A DNA stretch of 64,000 bases from Actinomycetota bacterium (lineage in GTDB: Bacteria; Actinomycetota; UBA4738; HRBIN12), in assembly GCA_036390995.1 (NCBI GenBank), contig DASWAT010000064.1, positions 18,282 through 82,281 on the forward strand. Reading direction: 5' to 3'. The position numbers were made by a program, and so were the translations under genes. The notes below the pieces were generated by a model. The model worked only from the letters and a program-made list of their open reading frames with translations, was not told the origin of the DNA and did no database searches. Numbering within the stretch: position 1 is the stretch's first letter; the number at the start of each line of letters is the position of its first letter. This document shows, one piece after another, positions 39,408 to 49,073 of the stretch.

Positions 39408-42400
39408 GAGGTTCTCGCGAGGGCGCGGCCCAGGAGCTCGTCCGCCTCGTCCACGAAGACCCGCGCCCCGAGCAAGCTCATCACGTCGCGCGCCTTCCGC
39501 AGGGCCTCGGCGGCCTCGGCCGTCCGACCGAGCCCCAGCAGGCACCGGCCCCTGCCGAGCAGCGACCGGCCTCGCTCCAGAGGGAACCCGTAGTCCGTCC
39601 AGACCCTCACCGAGCGCGCATACAGCTCCTCGGCCCGTGCGAGGTCCCCGCCATGCTCGGCCAGGATCGCCCGGCACGTGAGCAGCGACAGCTCCTGCCG
39701 GGTGGCGGTGGGCTCACCTGCGCCGTCGACGAGCTCCTCGGCGCGGCCGACCTGGCCGATCCGGATCAGCACCCGGACGGCGACCGGCAAGAACATCCGC
39801 CGGTAGTCGGGCTGGTCCTCGGTGGCCTCCAGGAACTCGTCGAGCAGCCCGGCGGAGCCCTCGAGGTCGCCCTGCCGGTACCGGAGCTCGGCGACGACCA
39901 GCAGCGACGGCGCGAGGTACTCGGCGTACTGGATGTCACGGGCCCGCGCGAGCAGTCCCTCGGCCGTCGCCGCAACGGGTTCGAGCTCGCCGCGCCGCAG
40001 GAACACCCACGACCGGTAGATGAGGGCCACCGTGCCGACCCGCGTGGCGCCGTGGGCCTGCTCCCACTCGAGCATGTCCCCGGCGATGCGCAGGACGCGA
40101 TCCCAGTCGCCGAGGTCGAAGAGCGCCTCCAGCGCGCCGCCCTCGGCCCACATCGCCATCGTGGTGAACCCCCGGACCTCACAGAACTCGGTCATGTCGG
40201 CCCACACGGCCGAGGCCGCGGACGGTCCCTCCCACGCCCACAGCGCGTAGGCGAGGTTGTTGTACGCCACCGCAGTCTCCTCGCCCAGGCCGAGCTCGAG
40301 CGCGCGGCGAAGCGCCTCCCGCAGGTCGTCCAGGCCCTCGCGATCGCCCAGCGCGCTGCGGGCCGCCCCCCGGTACTGGAGCGCCAGGACCTCCTCGTCC
40401 TCCAGCCCGAGCTCGTCCGCGAGGCCGATGGCCCGCTCGGCCCACGGGATGGCCTCCGCGCTCTCCCCGGCGACGTACAGGTGAGCGGCCATGCGGGTGC
40501 ACGCCCGCGCGAGCTCCGGGCCCGGCCCCTCGCGCTCCAGCAGCGTGATCGCCTCGCGTAGCAGCCCTCGCGCCTCCTCGCCGTGCTTCGTCGGCAGGCG
40601 GGACAGCCGGGCCATGGTCTCCCCCAGGCCGAGGTCGTCGCCCTGGAACTCGCGCATGGCCAGCGCGAAGTCCTCTTCGGCCTGGGCGAACCGCCCGAGA
40701 GCCCCCGCCACCTCCGCCGCCTCCACCAGGGCCCGGGTCCGGTCGGGGTCGCCCACCGCCAACACCTCCCGGGCCCGGCGGTAGAACGTCTCGGCCCGGG
40801 TCGCATCGAGCCGCTTCGCCCGGTCGCCGGCGAGGAGCAGTGCCGAGCCGGCGTCGCGCTCCAGCTCCGGCGTGACCTGCCCCGTGGCTCGGGCCAGCTC
40901 CAGGGCCTCGCCGTAATGGTGGGCCAGGAGCTCCGACAGATCCGAGACCCGATCTCCCGCCACGCTTCGGATCCAGGAGGCCACCGCCAGGTGCTTGACC
41001 CCGCGCGCGGCGCGTGGGATCTGTCCGTACGCCACGTCTTGCACGAGGACGTGCCAGAACGCGTACTCGGCCTCCCCCTTCACGGTGGAGATCCGGGAGG
41101 GTCGAACGAACTCGCGACGGACGAGCTCGTGGAGGATGACCTCCGCCTCGTCGCGACCGATCCCGGCCATCGACGCCACGGCGCCAGCCCAGAAGACCTT
41201 GCCGGCGACGGCGGCATCCTGCAGCACCACCTTGTGGTCGAGCGGCAGCGTGTCGAGGCGCGCCCCGATCAGCAGCTGGAGGGTCTGCGGGACGGCGACC
41301 TCTGCGGCCGCGCCCGACACCCCTCGAGCCACGTCCACGATCCCCTGGTCCCGCAGCATCCGGACGAACTCCTCGGCGTACAGGGGGTTACCGCCCGAGC
41401 GCTCCAGCAGCGTGGCCTGGGTCTGCGCCGGCAGCACGGCGCTGTCGAGGAGCGCGGACACGAGCATCGCGGTCTCCTGGGAGGAGAACGGCGCCAGCGC
41501 GATCGAGGTGGCGTTGCGGCGTCCTCCCCCCCAGTTCGGATGGCGCTGGTAAAGCTCCGGACGGGCCGCGCAGACCACCAGGAGCGGCAGCCCCACGATC
41601 CAGTCCACAACGTGCTCGATGAACGCGAGCATCGGCTCGTCGGCCCAGTGGAGGTCCTCGAACACCAGGATCGTGGGCGAGCTCGCGGCCAGCGCCTCCA
41701 CCCATCGTCGCCAGGCGGTGAACAGCTCCTCCCTCGGCACGTCGGCCGCGGAGCGCGGCAACCCTGCGAGGGGCGCGAGCCGAGCCTGCATCCAGTCCCG
41801 CTCGCCAGGATCGGCCACGAACGGCTCGACGGCGCCCCGAAGCTTCGGCTCGACGTCGGCCGGCGGGTCGGACTCGAGGATCCCGGCCTCCGCTTTCACG
41901 ATCTCGGCGAGCGCCCAGAAGCTGATCCCCTCGCCGTACGGCAGGCACCGGCCCTGGCGCCACCGGATGAGATCGGGGAACTCGTCGACGAACGAGCCGA
42001 GCTCCTGGATCAGGCGCGTCTTGCCCACGCCGGGCTCGCCCGTGATCGTGACCAGCTGAACGGATGATTCCGAGACCGCCCGGCGGAACGCACCCTCCAG
42101 CAGCGTGCGTTCCTCCCGACGACCGATGAACGGCGTCTGCGGCTGCGGACGCGCATCCACGCCGAACCGGCTCCGAGCCTCGACGGCCCGCCACACCTCG
42201 AGGGGCTCCGCCTTGCCCTTCACCACGACGGGATCGCGATCCTCGTAGCTGAAGGCGCGGTCGGTCGCCCGGTGCGTGGGCTCGCCTACCACGATCTCGC
42301 CCTCGGCGGCGATCTGCAGGAGCCGCGAGGCCGTATTCACCACGTCGCCGGTCACGGCTTCGCCGATCTGCGGACCGGAGCCGGGCCGAGCCACGACCGC

Positions 42401-42814
42401 CTCCCCCGTGTTCACGCCGACCCGCACGGCGGCCGGCAGGTGCGGGTTGCGCTCGGCGAGCCCGGGCATCGCCTCCACCACGTTCAGGGCCGCGCGGACG
42501 GCACGCTCCGGATCGTCCTCGTGTGCTACCGGAGCGCCGAACACGCCGAGCACCGTGGGGCCCATGAACTTGTCGATGGTGCCGCCGAAGTTCGTGACCT
42601 GCTGCCGGACCAGGCCGTGGTAGGGGGCGAGGGCCTGTTGCAGGTCCTCGGGATCGCCGCCCTCGCCGACGCCGAGCAGCTCACAGAACACCACGGTGAC
42701 GATCTTGCGCTCCTCGCCGCCGGGACCCGCCGGTGGCGCGAGCGCCGAGCCGCACCGGCCGCAGAACCGCGCCCGGTCGGGGTTCTCCTCGCCGCAGTGC
42801 CCGCAGACCAGCAC
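39404..42814 (-). CDS. Multidomain signalling protein: zinc-ribbon + class III adenylate cyclase + AAA/NB-ARC-like ATPase + TPR repeats
   Basis: N-terminal CGHCGEENPDRARFCGRCG. Cyclase-like region. Walker A GEPGVGKTRL. Long C-terminal helical repeats. Confidence 0.8.
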   Translation of the reverse strand: MLVCGHCGEENPDRARFCGRCGSALAPPAGPGGEERKIVTVVFCELLGVGEGGDPEDLQQALAPYHGLVRQQVTNFGGTIDKFMGPTVLGVFGAPVAHEDDPERAVRAALNVVEAMPGLAERNPHLPAAVRVGVNTGEAVVARPGSGPQIGEAVTGDVVNTASRLLQIAAEGEIVVGEPTHRATDRAFSYEDRDPVVVKGKAEPLEVWRAVEARSRFGVDARPQPQTPFIGRREERTLLEGAFRRAVSESSVQLVTITGEPGVGKTRLIQELGSFVDEFPDLIRWRQGRCLPYGEGISFWALAEIVKAEAGILESDPPADVEPKLRGAVEPFVADPGERDWMQARLAPLAGLPRSAADVPREELFTAWRRWVEALAASSPTILVFEDLHWADEPMLAFIEHVVDWIVGLPLLVVCAARPELYQRHPNWGGGRRNATSIALAPFSSQETAMLVSALLDSAVLPAQTQATLLERSGGNPLYAEEFVRMLRDQGIVDVARGVSGAAAEVAVPQTLQLLIGARLDTLPLDHKVVLQDAAVAGKVFWAGAVASMAGIGRDEAEVILHELVRREFVRPSRISTVKGEAEYAFWHVLVQDVAYGQIPRAARGVKHLAVASWIRSVAGDRVSDLSELLAHHYGEALELARATGQVTPELERDAGSALLLAGDRAKRLDATRAETFYRRAREVLAVGDPDRTRALVEAAEVAGALGRFAQAEEDFALAMREFQGDDLGLGETMARLSRLPTKHGEEARGLLREAITLLEREGPGPELARACTRMAAHLYVAGESAEAIPWAERAIGLADELGLEDEEVLALQYRGAARSALGDREGLDDLREALRRALELGLGEETAVAYNNLAYALWAWEGPSAASAVWADMTEFCEVRGFTTMAMWAEGGALEALFDLGDWDRVLRIAGDMLEWEQAHGATRVGTVALIYRSWVFLRRGELEPVAATAEGLLARARDIQYAEYLAPSLLVVAELRYRQGDLEGSAGLLDEFLEATEDQPDYRRMFLPVAVRVLIRIGQVGRAEELVDGAGEPTATRQELSLLTCRAILAEHGGDLARAEELYARSVRVWTDYGFPLERGRSLLGRGRCLLGLGRTAEAAEALRKARDVMSLLGARVFVDEADELLGRALARTS

Positions 42815-42830
42815 GCGGCAAGTCTACGGG

Positions 42831-43835
42831 TCACCCGGCCGTGGCCAGCCAGCCGTCGATGCCCTGCTCGATGTCGGCCTTCAGGGCGTCGTCGGCGAAG
42901 GACGCACGGACGCCGTTCCGCGCGATGGCGCCGAGAACCTCGTCGTCGAGCCCGAACGTCTCGCGGACCAGCTCGTACTCGCCGGTGAGCGGCGAGGAGA
43001 ACATCGACGGATCGTCGCTGTTCAGCGTGACCACGAGGCCGGCGTCGAGCAGCCTCGGCAGCGGGTGGGCGCCCATCGACCGGACCACGCGTGTCATCAC
43101 GTTCGAGGTCGGACAGACCTCGAGCGGGATCCGCCGATCGCGGAGCTCGGTCACGAGGCGCTCGTCCTCCAAGCACCGGATGCCGTGCCCCAGGCGCTCG
43201 GCCCGGAGCGAGTCGAGCGCCCCCCGGATGCTGGCCGGGCCGGCCGTCTCCCCCGCGTGCGGCAGGGAGTGCAGGCCGGCGTCCGTGGCCCGATGGAAGA
43301 GCTCCGCGTAGGCCTCCGGCGGATGGCGCTCGTCGCCCCCCAGGCCGACGCCGATCACGCCGTCGGCGCGGTGCCGGACCGCCGACTCGAGGGCCGCGCG
43401 GGAGAGCTCCATCGGCAGGCCTCGGACCAGGTCCACGAGGGGGCGGCAGACGATCCCGAAGTCGCGCTCCCCGTCGGCGAACCCCTGGAGCACGCCGAGG
43501 ACCGGCCCGTCCCAGTCGTCCAGGCGCGGCCCGTGCTCGGGCAGCGAGAACGAGACCTCGGCGTACCGGACGCCCTGCGCCGCCTCGTCCTCGCAGAGCT
43601 CGTACGCGATCCGGCGGAAGTCCGCGGGCGCGCACAGGCACTGGAGCCCGGCCACCCACTCGTCGATGAAGTGCCGGAAGTCCCGGAAGCCGTATCGTCC
43701 GTCGCGCAGACCCTCCGGCAGCTCGACGCCGGCCCGCGAGGCCAGCTCGACGACGGTCGACGGGCGCATCGACCCCTCGAGGTGGACGTGCAGGTCCACC
43801 TTCGGGAGTGCGGACAAGGCTCGGCCGGCGTTCAT
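42831..43835 (-). CDS. add: Adenosine deaminase
   Basis: Motifs DLHVHLEGS, SLPHAGE and TLNSDDP characteristic of adenosine/AMP deaminase-family metal hydrolases. Confidence 0.85.
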   Translation of the reverse strand: MNAGRALSALPKVDLHVHLEGSMRPSTVVELASRAGVELPEGLRDGRYGFRDFRHFIDEWVAGLQCLCAPADFRRIAYELCEDEAAQGVRYAEVSFSLPEHGPRLDDWDGPVLGVLQGFADGERDFGIVCRPLVDLVRGLPMELSRAALESAVRHRADGVIGVGLGGDERHPPEAYAELFHRATDAGLHSLPHAGETAGPASIRGALDSLRAERLGHGIRCLEDERLVTELRDRRIPLEVCPTSNVMTRVVRSMGAHPLPRLLDAGLVVTLNSDDPSMFSSPLTGEYELVRETFGLDDEVLGAIARNGVRASFADDALKADIEQGIDGWLATAG

Positions 43836-43857
43836 GGCCGGCGAGCCTATCGGACCG

Positions 43858-45582
43858 CTACGCGGCCGGGATCCTCCGCCCGTACATCTCCTCGGCTGCC
43901 GGCCGCCCCGCGGGTGCCCCGGCGTCGCCCGGCAGCCAGCCGGCGGTTCCGCCCGGTGCCTGCCGGGCCATGGCCTCGGCCATCATGCGGACCAGCCGAG
44001 CCCCCCACGGACCCCAGCAGTGCGGCTTGTTCTTGCCGTAGTGGAACTCCGCCTCGGCAGCCGGGTGGGTGGTCGAGTCCAGGAACGCCTGCAGCAGCTC
44101 GACCGCGTTGTTGAGGAAGAACGTGTCGTCGTCGCCCACCCAGACGTGGATCTTCCCGGCCAGCTTCGGGCCCACGCCCGACCAGTGCTCGTCGAGGTAC
44201 CAACGCAGGTCCATGGGGTGCCAGGCCCTCGCCACGGCGTGGTCGATCTCGCCGGTCATCTTGTCCCAGATGGGGGCCGGATAGCCGTCCTCGCCCTGGG
44301 GACCGTACACGGCCTGCCAGATGTCCCACTGACCGAGCTGCGAGCGACCGTTCGTTCCGAGCGCCGCCTCCCAGTGGTTCTCCTCGTCCATGGTCCAGAT
44401 CGTGTCGCCGGGGACGGTCCTGGCGGACGGCCTCGGCACCTGCTCCCACTCGTACGGGGTCCAGTAGGCGTTCTGATCCTCGTACACGTTCACGAGCTGG
44501 TGGGACCGGAAGTCCACGGAGTCCGGGCACAGACCCCACGCCCCACCGTAGAAGCCCGGGTAGAAGACCTGCTGCGCGAGCGCCTCCCAGCCTCCGGTCG
44601 ACCCGCCCGTGAGGGTCCGGGCCCAGGGCTTGGGCATCCCCCGGAACTGCTTCTGGATCGCGGGGATGAGCTCGTCGACGATGGCATCGCCGTAGGGCCC
44701 GAGGTTCGCCGAGTTCACCGCGTACGAGTCGTCGAAGAACGGGTTCTCGTGCCGGAGCTCGACCACGATCGCACGAGGCGCGGCGTCCGACACCCACCAC
44801 TTGGAGAACCGTCCCGCGAGCTTCTCGTCGAACCCGAACGGGTTGTCGAACGGGAAGTGCCCGTGCAGGTAGATCACCGGGTACCGGCGAGTCCCGTTCG
44901 CCCGGTACCCCTCGGGGAGCAGCACGTTCGCCGCGATGTACATCGGCTGGCCCCAGAACTCGGTGAGCAGGTGGCTCCGGATCTTGACGTGCTTCACGTG
45001 CTTCGAGTCCTTGGGGTTCCCCTGCTGGCAGGTTCCGCCCTTGGGAACGGGATCGGAGGGCTCGATGGTCTGGTCCAGCGTCAGGTCGACGGCGCCGGCG
45101 TCCGGCGACAGATGCAGCTTGACCGGTGTGCTGTACAGGTTCCCCGGCGAGTCCAGGAAGTACCCGCCGTCGCCGCACGGCAGGTGCAGCTGCACGACGG
45201 ACCCGTCGGATCGATCGAACGTGGTGTAGACGTTCAGGAACGCCTGCACCGAGTAGTCGCCTGCCGGGAGCTGGTCGAGCGAGGCGAGCGGGTACCCGTA
45301 GACGTCGGCCCCGCCGTCCAGCACCATGGCTTGCCCCGGCGCCACGTCGGAGACGTCCGTACCCCAGAACGGCGGACCGAGGATGTCCACCTGGAACCGC
45401 GGCTCCGGATCTTGCGTCGTGGACACGATCACGAACACCCGGCCTGTCGCCGCGTCCGCGCGCACGTCCGATCCGAACGACACCCGGAACTGGAGCGCCC
45501 CAGCTCCCTGAGCGCCTCCGGCCGTCCCGAACGCGGCCGTCGCCAGCACCAGCGCCGCAACCCACGCAGCATGTCTGCGCAT
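43858..45582 (-). CDS. Secreted esterase-family alpha/beta hydrolase
   Basis: Signal peptide MRRHAAWVAALVLATAAFGTAGGA. GxSxG-like GGSTGGW. 574 aa. Confidence 0.6.
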   Translation of the reverse strand: MRRHAAWVAALVLATAAFGTAGGAQGAGALQFRVSFGSDVRADAATGRVFVIVSTTQDPEPRFQVDILGPPFWGTDVSDVAPGQAMVLDGGADVYGYPLASLDQLPAGDYSVQAFLNVYTTFDRSDGSVVQLHLPCGDGGYFLDSPGNLYSTPVKLHLSPDAGAVDLTLDQTIEPSDPVPKGGTCQQGNPKDSKHVKHVKIRSHLLTEFWGQPMYIAANVLLPEGYRANGTRRYPVIYLHGHFPFDNPFGFDEKLAGRFSKWWVSDAAPRAIVVELRHENPFFDDSYAVNSANLGPYGDAIVDELIPAIQKQFRGMPKPWARTLTGGSTGGWEALAQQVFYPGFYGGAWGLCPDSVDFRSHQLVNVYEDQNAYWTPYEWEQVPRPSARTVPGDTIWTMDEENHWEAALGTNGRSQLGQWDIWQAVYGPQGEDGYPAPIWDKMTGEIDHAVARAWHPMDLRWYLDEHWSGVGPKLAGKIHVWVGDDDTFFLNNAVELLQAFLDSTTHPAAEAEFHYGKNKPHCWGPWGARLVRMMAEAMARQAPGGTAGWLPGDAGAPAGRPAAEEMYGRRIPAA

Positions 45583-45654
45583 GGCCCCCTCCTTCGGTGT
45601 GCCTCCTGCCGAACCTACTCCCTCCCCCAGGGGTCGCCGGAGGGGCGAAGGTCC

Positions 45655-46488
45655 CTAGCGGACGAGGCGCGAGAGCCGCCGGTCGGCGAGCACCTTGCCG
45701 CCGGTCTGGCAGGTGGGGCAGTACGTGACCTCGTGCGACTCGTACGAGATCCGCCGGAGGTCGTCACCGCACATCGGGCACGGTGTCCCGGAGCGGCCGT
45801 GCACGGTGAAGTGATCGCCGATCTTCGTGGGGAGCCCTCCCGTGCGCCGGCGTTCGACCTCGAGGGCTTCGGCGAGGATCGAGCGCGTGGCGTCGAGGAG
45901 ATCCGCTCGCTGCTTCGCGGACAGCGAAGCGAGCGTCGCGTAGGGAGACAGCTTCGCTCGGTGCAGGACGTCGTCCGAGTAGCCGCGGCCGATGCCGGCC
46001 ACCGTTCGCTGGTCGCGCAGGATCGTGTGGATCCGCCGTCCATCGTCGCCCTCGAGCACGAACCGCTCGAACGCCGGCGAGTCCGGCTCGGGGCCCAGCT
46101 TGGCCAGGGGCCCGTCGTCGCCATCGCCGAGGATCCACCACCCGGCCTTGCGCTCGCGCCCGAACTCCTTCACCAGGATCGATGGACGCGCGTCGAAGCG
46201 CAGCCGGAGGACGGCGCCGCGAGGCTTCGTCCGCTTCGGGGGGTCCTCCACATCCACGCGTCCTCCCTGCGACAGGTGCACCAACAGTCGCGGGCCGTCG
46301 AGATGGAAGACCAAGAACTTGCCGCGACGGCCGACCGTACGCAGCGGACGCCCCTCGAGCTCCGAGACGCGCGGGGTGACGGTCTTGAGCGACGAGAAGC
46401 TCAGGAGGTCGGCGCCCTGCAGCGTCGTGCCGCCCACGGCGGCGTCCAGCCGCTCGGCGAGGGCTTGCACCTCGGGGAGCTCCGGCAT
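45655..46488 (-). CDS. Formamidopyrimidine-DNA glycosylase / endonuclease VIII family (Fpg/Nei)
   Basis: N-terminal MPELPEV. C-terminal zinc finger CPMCG...CPTCQ. Confidence 0.85.
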   Translation of the reverse strand: MPELPEVQALAERLDAAVGGTTLQGADLLSFSSLKTVTPRVSELEGRPLRTVGRRGKFLVFHLDGPRLLVHLSQGGRVDVEDPPKRTKPRGAVLRLRFDARPSILVKEFGRERKAGWWILGDGDDGPLAKLGPEPDSPAFERFVLEGDDGRRIHTILRDQRTVAGIGRGYSDDVLHRAKLSPYATLASLSAKQRADLLDATRSILAEALEVERRRTGGLPTKIGDHFTVHGRSGTPCPMCGDDLRRISYESHEVTYCPTCQTGGKVLADRRLSRLVR

Positions 46489-46576
46489 CCCGCCACTCTA
46501 GCCACCCGAACGCGATCGAGCCGCCGGGCGGCTTCCGGCGGCTCGATCGACGTCGTGCTCGTTCAGGCGGTGATGT

Positions 46577-46813
46577 TCATGCGGTGATCAGCTCCCGAGC
46601 GCTCATCGTCCGGCGTATCGCGGCGGCCCGGGCGGCCACGTACACGCCGGACAGGCCAACGAGCCCGTACACGACCCGGGTGATCGCGCTGGTCTCTCCG
46701 AAGTCCATCCCGAACAGCGCGGCCACGAGGTCGAACCTGGCGATCGCCACCAGACCCCAGTTGAGCGCGCCAACGAGCACCAGCAACAGGGCCAGGACAT
46801 CGAGCTTCTTCAT
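46577..46813 (-). CDS. DUF378-like small membrane protein
   Basis: MKKLDVLALLLVLVGALNWGLVAI... Two TM helices, about 78 aa. Start coordinate approximate (±1). Confidence 0.55.
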   Translation of the reverse strand: MKKLDVLALLLVLVGALNWGLVAIARFDLVAALFGMDFGETSAITRVVYGLVGLSGVYVAARAAAIRRTMSARELITA

Positions 46814-46877
46814 CGGTGCGGCTCCTTTCGCTCCGTCGGACCCCCTCGGTCCGTCGATCCCATGATGCCGGAAGCTA

Positions 46878-47078
46878 TGCGACGTCGTCCATTCTGGCAG
46901 CCACAGTGCATAGGTTTTGGCCCGAGCCACTCGGCGGACTGGTCGCGGGTGGCGGTGGTCCGTCGCCGATGAACCGCATGACCTCGGGCTCGGCGTACAT
47001 CGCGGCCAGGTCGTCCATATCCTCGGGGACGAACGGTCGCAGACGCAGGCGCGCGGTCTCGATGACCGGGATGCTCAT
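46878..47078 (-). pseudogene. Remnant of a GNAT acetyltransferase gene (N-terminal about 40 aa intact, then frameshifted/truncated)
   Basis: MSIPVIETARLRLRPFVPEDMDDLAAMYAEPEVMRFIGDG, then junk in frame. An alternative frame continues to a TGA that overlaps the DUF378 ATG. Total length is far below a GNAT domain. Confidence 0.35.
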
Positions 47079-48463
47079 CCGATCCCGGCGGCGGCGCGAC
47101 GGACGATCTCGACGCACTCGTCGATCCTGTCCTTGTGCGTGCGGTGCGACAGGATGCACGCCCGGATCGTGAAGCGGCCGTCGATCACGGTGCTCGACAG
47201 GAACACCCGCTTCGACGCGTTGATCGCCTCGAGCAGGCGCCGGTTGGCGGCGTCGGCGCCGCCGGCCAGCCGGAACGGGACCACCGTGAGGTCCGGCTGC
47301 CACGGCAGCTCCAGGGCGGGATCGGCCCCGAGCTCCTCGTAGAGGTGGCGCGCCAGGTCGAGCTTCTCGTCGAGCGCCTCCCGGAACGCCGAGACCCCGT
47401 GGAGCTTCAGCGGGAACCACACGCGGAGGCCGCGGAAGTCGCGCGAGAGCTCGGCCGAGTACTCGGCGAAGTTCGGGATGTCGGCATCGGCCGCCAGGTC
47501 CTGCAGGTACGCGGCCCCCACGAAGTGCGCCTCGCGGAGCTTCGCGCCGTGCCGCACCACCAGCGCGCCGGTCCCGTACGGCAGGAACATGCCCTTGTGC
47601 GGGTCCAGCGTGATCGAGTCGGCGCGCTCGATCCCCGCGAACCGCTCGCGGCCGCGCTCGGTGAGCTGGAAGAACCCGCCGTACGCGCCGTCCACATGGA
47701 GCCACAGGCCCTCGGCCTCGCACACGTCGGCGATCCCGCCGAGCGGGTCGATCGTGCCGGTGTTCGTCGTGCCGGCCGAGGCCACCACGGCGAACGGCGC
47801 GAACCCGGCGCCCCGGTCCTCGGCGATCATCTTCCGCAGCGCGCCGACGTCCATCCGCAGCTCGGGCGTCGCCGGCACCCGCCGGACGTTCCGCGCCGGG
47901 AACCCGGCGAGCATCGCCGCCTTCGTGACCGAGGCGTGGACGTGCTCGCTCACGTACAGCGCGCCGTGCAGGAAGTCCTCGGGCAGGTGCACGGTGCGCG
48001 CCGTGACGATCGCCGAGAGGTTCGCCATCGAGCCGCCGGAGGTGAGCACGCCGCGCGCCTCGGCCGGGAAGCCGAACAGCTCACAGAGCCATCGCACGAC
48101 GTTGTTCTCGATCTGGGCGGCGACCGGAGCCTCGCCCCACAGGTTCACGAACCGATCGATCGTGGTGGACAGGAGGTCGGCCAGGGAGGATGCGAAGAGC
48201 CCTCCCCCGGGGATGTACGCGAGGAACCCGGGGCCCGCGTTGTCGGCCGAGTTGTTCGCGATCGTGTCCACGAGTTCGATGAGCGGCGGGAACTCGCCCC
48301 CGAGCTCGGACGGCGACTCGCGGTGTCGCCGAGCCACGGCCTCCGCCTCCTCGAACCTCGAGGCCGGCGCTTCCCCCCGCCCGCGCAGGAACTCGATCAC
48401 ATAGGCGAGCGCGGCCTCGCCCATCTCGCGCATCTGCTCGGGGGACGGATCGAGCGGATACAT
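47075..48463 (-). CDS. Group II PLP-dependent decarboxylase (second paralog)
   Basis: ATG 48463 after AGGA. Motifs SGGSMANLSA, HVDGAYGG and DPHKG. Confidence 0.8.
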   Translation of the reverse strand: MYPLDPSPEQMREMGEAALAYVIEFLRGRGEAPASRFEEAEAVARRHRESPSELGGEFPPLIELVDTIANNSADNAGPGFLAYIPGGGLFASSLADLLSTTIDRFVNLWGEAPVAAQIENNVVRWLCELFGFPAEARGVLTSGGSMANLSAIVTARTVHLPEDFLHGALYVSEHVHASVTKAAMLAGFPARNVRRVPATPELRMDVGALRKMIAEDRGAGFAPFAVVASAGTTNTGTIDPLGGIADVCEAEGLWLHVDGAYGGFFQLTERGRERFAGIERADSITLDPHKGMFLPYGTGALVVRHGAKLREAHFVGAAYLQDLAADADIPNFAEYSAELSRDFRGLRVWFPLKLHGVSAFREALDEKLDLARHLYEELGADPALELPWQPDLTVVPFRLAGGADAANRRLLEAINASKRVFLSSTVIDGRFTIRACILSHRTHKDRIDECVEIVRRAAAGIG

Positions 48464-48507
48464 AGCGCCCATCCTACCGAGCCCTCGTCGGGGGCCGTGA
48501 CGGACCG

Positions 48508-48789
48508 TCAGGCAAGGCGGTGCCGCATCCAGATGTTCGGCTCGACGTACACGCACTGGTCCCGCTCGCGGTCGACGTGCACGGGAACGAGCGCGCCGGG
48601 GGCCAGCACGGCGTCGGACTCCTCCTCGAACAGGAAGAACTGGAACGGTGCGAACGTGCCCTCGAACAGCTCGCCCCACAGCTCGTTGCACACGGTGTCG
48701 TGGAGCATGAACTCCGGCCATGCCGGACGGACGGTCTCGTCCCACCGCTCGTCCAGGTCCGGCCGCTCGACGAGGGAGACGACCTTCAC
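48508..48789 (-). CDS. Hypothetical protein (about 93 aa), GTGA-coupled to the upstream DUF2277 gene
   Basis: GTG 48789 overlaps the DUF2277 TGA. Sequence VKVVSLVERPDLDERWDET...; no family recognised. Confidence 0.4.
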   Translation of the reverse strand: MKVVSLVERPDLDERWDETVRPAWPEFMLHDTVCNELWGELFEGTFAPFQFFLFEEESDAVLAPGALVPVHVDRERDQCVYVEPNIWMRHRLA

Positions 48790-49001
48790 GGGCGCGGCGC
48801 GGGCCGAGCAACGACCGTGAGGAGCCTCCGGGACGCTTCGGCCACCTCGTCGACGGCCGCATCGAAGGCTTCCGCGTTGCGCTTGGAGGGCGCGCGATAC
48901 CCGCTCACCTTCCGGACGAACTGGAGCGCGGCCTCTCGGATCTCGTCCTCGGTCGCGATCTCGCCATCCGGGCTTCGAAGACGCTTGATGCTCCTGCACA
49001 T
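48786..49001 (-). CDS. DUF2277-like small protein
   Basis: MCRSIKRLRSPDGEIATEDEIREAALQFVRKVSGYRAPSKRNAEAFDAAVDEVAEASRRLL matches the DUF2277 pattern. Confidence 0.55.
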   Translation of the reverse strand: MCRSIKRLRSPDGEIATEDEIREAALQFVRKVSGYRAPSKRNAEAFDAAVDEVAEASRRLLTVVARPAPRP

Positions 49002-49073
49002 GTCGCGATGCTACCCATCACGCGAGCACTACGTCGCGACGGAGCCACCGCGCGACGTCATGGATGGTCACGT

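Noticed and set aside
43666-46587. 973-aa plus-strand ORF
   Set aside because: It is antisense to the adenosine deaminase, esterase and Fpg genes. It is a low-complexity high-GC artefact.
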